Assembly: GCA_964413475.1 (NCBI GenBank) | Contig: CAYPSU010000002.1 | Coordinates: 8,562 to 72,561, forward strand | Reading direction: 5' to 3' | Length of the DNA: 64,000 nt | Source of the DNA: an uncultured Polaromonas sp. | GTDB taxonomy: Bacteria > Pseudomonadota > Gammaproteobacteria > Burkholderiales > Burkholderiaceae_C | Program-made: the position numbers and the translations under genes | Shown: positions 60,262-64,000 of the stretch, piece by piece | Numbering within the stretch: the stretch's first letter is position 1 | How the letters are laid out: each line of letters opens with the position of its first letter | The notes under the pieces: generated by a model | Database searches by the model: none | What the model was told of the DNA's origin: nothing | What the model saw: the letters and a program-made list of their open reading frames with translations, nothing else

Positions 60262-60741
60262 ATGGCCATGCAGCAGCCCGCCGCCTTCCCGCCCCAATCC
60301 AGTGACCTGACAGAGCCCAGTCGCATGGCCTGGGCCTTGGGTCTGGCCGGGCTGATCCCGTTTGTGGGGCTGGCCGCCTTGCAATGGGTCAGTCCGCCCG
60401 GATGGCGCATGCTTGCGGCCTCCGCCCTGTTGGGCTACGGGGCCCTCATCGTCAGTTTTCTCGGCGGCATCCACTGGGGCCTGGCCATGCGCGAACCTCC
60501 TGTGCCGGCGCAGCGTCTGCTCTGGGGCATTGCGCCCAGCCTGCTGGGCTGGCTGGCACTGCTCCTCGATAGCCCCTGGGGGCAAGGGGTGCTGGCCCTG
60601 AGTCTGCTGCTGTGCCTGTGGGTGGACCAGAGCGCCTACCTGCACCGGGGCTTGCGGGCTTGGCTTCCCCTCAGGCGGCTGCTGACCGCTTTCGCCACGG
60701 TCAGCGTGCTGGCCGGGGCCTTGGGTTACTGGATGGTGTGA
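60262..60741 (+). CDS. DUF3429 membrane protein
   Basis: LGLAGLIPF, YGALIVSFLGGIHWG, PSLLGW, LR..LT. Confidence 0.82.
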   Translation: MAMQQPAAFPPQSSDLTEPSRMAWALGLAGLIPFVGLAALQWVSPPGWRMLAASALLGYGALIVSFLGGIHWGLAMREPPVPAQRLLWGIAPSLLGWLALLLDSPWGQGVLALSLLLCLWVDQSAYLHRGLRAWLPLRRLLTAFATVSVLAGALGYWMV

Positions 60742-60806
60742 GCCTGGCGCTCCAAGCCTGCGCACCTTCGCTCCGTGCGGTTCATTTTGGGGGGTGCGAT
60801 TGACAC

Positions 60807-61280
60807 CTACTGCGCGTAATCCAGCGGCAAAGCCGTGGTGTTCTTGAGTTCTTCCATCGCAAAGCTGCTGCTGACATCGCTCAGGTCCACGGACTGGATG
60901 AGCCTTTGGTAGACCCGGTCGTAGGCCGCGATATCGGGCACCACCACCTTCATCAGGTAGTCCACCTCACCGCTCATCCGGTAGAGCTCCATGATCTCGG
61001 GGATGTCACGCACGCTCTGCCTGAAGCGCTCGAACCAGGCCAGGTTGTGCTGGTTGGTGCGAATGGCTACGAACACGGTCACGCCCAGATTGACCTTGAC
61101 CGCATCAACCAAGGCCACCTGCCGAGTGATAAAACCCTGCTCGCGTAGACGCTGCATGCGTCGCCAGCATGGCGTTGTCGACAAATGCACCGCGGCGGCT
61201 ACTTCACTCAGCGGGGTTTCCGCGTTAACTTGAAGAATCTCAAGAATCTTTCGATCTACAGCATCCAGTTTCTTATTCAT
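60807..61280 (-). CDS. Lrp/AsnC family regulator (DecR-like)
   Basis: LDAVDRKIL, LSTTPCWRR, YRMSG..DY, SSFAMEE. Confidence 0.92.
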   Translation of the reverse strand: MNKKLDAVDRKILEILQVNAETPLSEVAAAVHLSTTPCWRRMQRLREQGFITRQVALVDAVKVNLGVTVFVAIRTNQHNLAWFERFRQSVRDIPEIMELYRMSGEVDYLMKVVVPDIAAYDRVYQRLIQSVDLSDVSSSFAMEELKNTTALPLDYAQ

Positions 61281-61393
61281 GATAAGCGGCGCAAATAAAT
61301 CCTAATTTTGACGGTTTTTTAGACCAATCTGCAAACCTTTGCTCATCAGCAGATGCGACACTTTTCCCCCTGTTCGGCAGCATGGAAGAGCGC

Positions 61394-62086
61394 ATGAAGA
61401 CCATAGGCTTGATTGGCGGCATGAGCTGGGAGTCCACCGCCCTGTATTACCAGATCATCAATCGCGAAGTGGGGCGGCGCTTGGGCGGTCTGCACAGTGC
61501 GCGCGTGAACCTGGTCAGTCTGGACTTCGAGGACCTGGCGCATCGCCAGCGCTCAGACGACTGGAGTGGGATGGCCACAATTCTTTGCGATGCAGCGCGA
61601 CGGTTGAGCAACTCAGGGGCCCAATGCCTGCTGATTGGCACCAACACCATGCATCAGGTGGCGCCTGAGGTGCAGGCCGCCACCGATCTGCCCCTGCTGC
61701 ATATTGCCGACATCACCGCCGACGCCATCCTGGCGCAGGGCCTGCACAAGGTCGGCCTGATGGGTACCCGCTTCACCATGGAAAGACGCTTTTACCTGGA
61801 GCGATTGGCCAGTCATGGCATCGAATGCGTGGTGCCGGACGAGGCGCAGCGGCAAGAGATCCACCGCATCATTTTTGGTGAGCTCTTCTTCGGGGAGGTG
61901 CGCGAAGCGTCGCGCCGCTGGTTGTCCGCCTGTATCGACAGCCTGCGCGATCAGGGGGCCGAGGGCGTGGTGCTGGGATGCACCGAGTTGCCCTTGATCC
62001 TTCGGCCACAGGACAGTTGTCTGCCTGTTTTTGACACCACTGCCCTGCACGCGCTGGCGGCGGTGGATTTCGCGCTGGCAGACTGA
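61394..62086 (+). CDS. Aspartate/glutamate racemase family (YgeA/RacX-like)
   Basis: MKTIGLIGGMSWEST..YY, TNTMH (Thr) and LGCTE (Cys) active-site pair. Confidence 0.9.
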   Translation: MKTIGLIGGMSWESTALYYQIINREVGRRLGGLHSARVNLVSLDFEDLAHRQRSDDWSGMATILCDAARRLSNSGAQCLLIGTNTMHQVAPEVQAATDLPLLHIADITADAILAQGLHKVGLMGTRFTMERRFYLERLASHGIECVVPDEAQRQEIHRIIFGELFFGEVREASRRWLSACIDSLRDQGAEGVVLGCTELPLILRPQDSCLPVFDTTALHALAAVDFALAD

Positions 62087-62095
62087 GCAGCGGCC

Positions 62096-62941
62096 ATGTG
62101 CCAACTGCTGGGCATGAACAGCAATGCGGCGGCCTCCATTGGTTTTTCGTTCACCGGATTCGCCCAGCGCGGCGGCGGCACGGCAGACCATATCGACGGC
62201 TGGGGGATCGCCTTCTACGAGCCGTCGGGGGCACGCTGCTTCCTCGACGATCGCCCGGCCAGCACATCGCGCCTGGCAGACTTCGTTCGCGAGTATCCGA
62301 TCCGCTCGCACAACGTCATTTCCCACATTCGCAAGGCCACCCAGGGCGCAGTGGGCTTGTCCAATACCCATCCCTTCTCCCGCGAGCTGCTGGGCCGGCA
62401 CTGGTTTTTTGCGCACAACGGTGATCTGCGCGATTTTCATCCGGCACTCGACGGAAGCTTTATGCCAGTGGGCAATACCGACAGCGAGCGAGCCTTTTGC
62501 TTTCTGATGCAGCGCCTGCGGCAGGCTTTCCAGCCCTCCCTGTGTATGCCGGGATGGCATGCCATCGCCCAGGTGCTTGCTCCATGCCACGAAGAGATCG
62601 CCCGCTACGGCAACTTCAATGGCCTTCTGACCAACGGCGATGCCCTGTTCGTGCATTGCTCCAGCGATCTGGCCTTGCTGCAGCGCTCACACCCATTCCC
62701 CAAAGCCAGTCTGGTCGATTGCGACCTCACGCTCAATCTCGGTGAGCTCAACCATATTGACGATCGCATGGTGATCGTGGCCACAGAGCCGCTGACATTT
62801 GATGAACCCTGGGAGCGGTTGGCCCCGGGCGAAACCCGGGTGTTCGCGGGGGGCGTGCCGGTTTGGCGACATCGCTGCCCGACGACGCGGCGGTTTCCGG
62901 TACCCGGCCAGGACAGCGCGGGAGGTTTATCGGCGGGCTGA
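62096..62941 (+). CDS. Class II glutamine amidotransferase-like Ntn hydrolase (YafJ/EgtC-like)
   Basis: MCQLLGM (Cys1 after Met removal), DGWG, HIRKAT, NTHPF, FAHNG, TDSE, ATEPLT. Confidence 0.88.
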   Translation: MCQLLGMNSNAAASIGFSFTGFAQRGGGTADHIDGWGIAFYEPSGARCFLDDRPASTSRLADFVREYPIRSHNVISHIRKATQGAVGLSNTHPFSRELLGRHWFFAHNGDLRDFHPALDGSFMPVGNTDSERAFCFLMQRLRQAFQPSLCMPGWHAIAQVLAPCHEEIARYGNFNGLLTNGDALFVHCSSDLALLQRSHPFPKASLVDCDLTLNLGELNHIDDRMVIVATEPLTFDEPWERLAPGETRVFAGGVPVWRHRCPTTRRFPVPGQDSAGGLSAG

Positions 62942-62994
62942 CCAAGCCAGCGCTGTGCGGATTTCAGGCTGGCCGCTTTCTGCTCACGCCCTCT

Positions 62995-64000
62995 TCACCG
63001 CCCCCTCATGAACAGGGCGTCGAGTTCGCGCAGCGTGATCTGTCGCCAGGTGGGTCTGCCGTGATTGCACTGGTCCGAGCGCTCGGTGGCCTCCATTTGT
63101 CGCAGCAGCGCGTTCATCTCTTCCAGGGTCAGGCGCCGGTTGGCGCGCACGGCGCCATGACAGGCCATGGTGGCCAGCAACTCGTTGCGCGCATGGGTCA
63201 GCACGCGCCGACCCTCGTGCTCTGCCAGCTCGGCCAGCACGCTGCGCGCCAGCTCCACCGCATCGCCCTGGGACAGGTGGCTGGGCACGGCACGCACCGC
63301 CAGGGTCTTGGGCGACAGGGCGGCCAGGTCCAGACCCAGTTCGAGCAGCGTGTCCTGGGCCTCCTGGACGGTGGCCATCTCCTGGGCGGTGGCGGCGAAG
63401 CTGGCGGGGATCAACAGGGGTTGGCTGGCAATGCCCGCCTGGTCCAGCTGCTGCTTGAGTCCCTCGTAGACGATGCGTTCGTGCGCCGCATGCATATCGA
63501 CCACGATCAAACCCTGCTGGTTTTCTGCGAGGATGTAGATGCCCTGCAACTGGGCGATGGCGCGGCCCAGCGGCCAGTCGTTTTCGGGCAGGATCGCTTC
63601 GCTGGCTGAGCTCGTGGCCCCGAAGGCCGCAGCTTGCAGCGCTGGCTCAGCGGCCACTGACGGCTGTGCAAGGCCCGAGGCTGGCGCATTTTGCGCCGGC
63701 CACAGGGCGGCAAAGCCAGGCTGACCTCGTCCAGCATCTGGGCTTAGAGGCAGGCCGCCCTGATGCCATGAACGATTCGCGGGGGTAACGGTCGGCCGCT
63801 CTGGCGCCCAGGCTGGGAGCCCTTCGGTCTTTGCCGCCACTCCTGCGCCTGCGCCCCCGCTCTCTTGCGCGGCCAACTGGCCGGCACGCGGCGCGGCCAG
63901 GGCGTTTTCGACGGCGTGAAGGACGGCCTGATGGACCTCGCGTCCGTCCCGGAAACGCACTTCGATTTTTGTCGGGTGCACGTTGACATCCACCCGGCCC
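62995..64000 (-). CDS. mutL: DNA mismatch repair protein MutL (3' part; 5' end outside window)
   Basis: DVNVHPTKIEVRF, endonuclease motif DMHAAHERIVYE, ACH, CNHGRP, FMRGR. Confidence 0.96.
   Translation of the reverse strand, partial: GRVDVNVHPTKIEVRFRDGREVHQAVLHAVENALAAPRAGQLAAQESGGAGAGVAAKTEGLPAWAPERPTVTPANRSWHQGGLPLSPDAGRGQPGFAALWPAQNAPASGLAQPSVAAEPALQAAAFGATSSASEAILPENDWPLGRAIAQLQGIYILAENQQGLIVVDMHAAHERIVYEGLKQQLDQAGIASQPLLIPASFAATAQEMATVQEAQDTLLELGLDLAALSPKTLAVRAVPSHLSQGDAVELARSVLAELAEHEGRRVLTHARNELLATMACHGAVRANRRLTLEEMNALLRQMEATERSDQCNHGRPTWRQITLRELDALFMRGR

Noticed and set aside
1-64000. CRISPR arrays, IS elements, prophage, rRNA/tRNA genes
   Set aside because: No regularly spaced repeats or transposase/integrase ORFs seen, and no structural RNA recognised by eye in the short intergenic gaps; a tRNAscan/Rfam run would be needed to exclude small RNAs

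Overview
GC-rich bacterial chromosome segment, most consistent with a betaproteobacterium (Burkholderiales/Comamonadaceae-like) with anoxygenic-photosynthesis genes. Left to right: (1) a divergent heterotetrameric sarcosine-oxidase-type operon (soxBDAG, 5' end cut by the window edge). (2) A histidine-utilisation operon hutC-D-I-G-F-[Rieske oxygenase]-hutH with no hutU in the window. (3) A ~23 kb uncharacterised catabolic island (15.1-37.6 kb): four NodB/PuuE-type amidohydrolases, two isochorismatase-family amidases, a hydantoin-racemase homologue lacking the canonical cysteines, a PhyH-type dioxygenase, SnoaL and tautomerase-SnoaL proteins, MmgE/PrpD, a Liv-type ABC importer, AtuA+DUF4387, GntR, a LeuCD-like hydratase, a flavoprotein, an ICL/PEP-mutase-family lyase and a class III CoA transferase. 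Two promoter regions in the island share a 20-bp palindromic operator. (4) A partial type II secretion operon gspLMNDEF. (5) A stand-alone bchIDO operon with a perfect PpsR box. (6) Housekeeping and accessory genes: folA, thyA, FAD oxidase, yihY, an att-like ABC/lipocalin module, miaA, Lrp-racemase-YafJ, and the 3' part of mutL. No rRNA, tRNA, CRISPR or mobile element was recognised. The best candidate for a novel system is the island, whose enzyme set reads like a pathway for substituted cyclic imides (imide -> amic acid -> dialkylmaleate -> malate -> lyase). All family calls are by eye from motifs; no database search was run.
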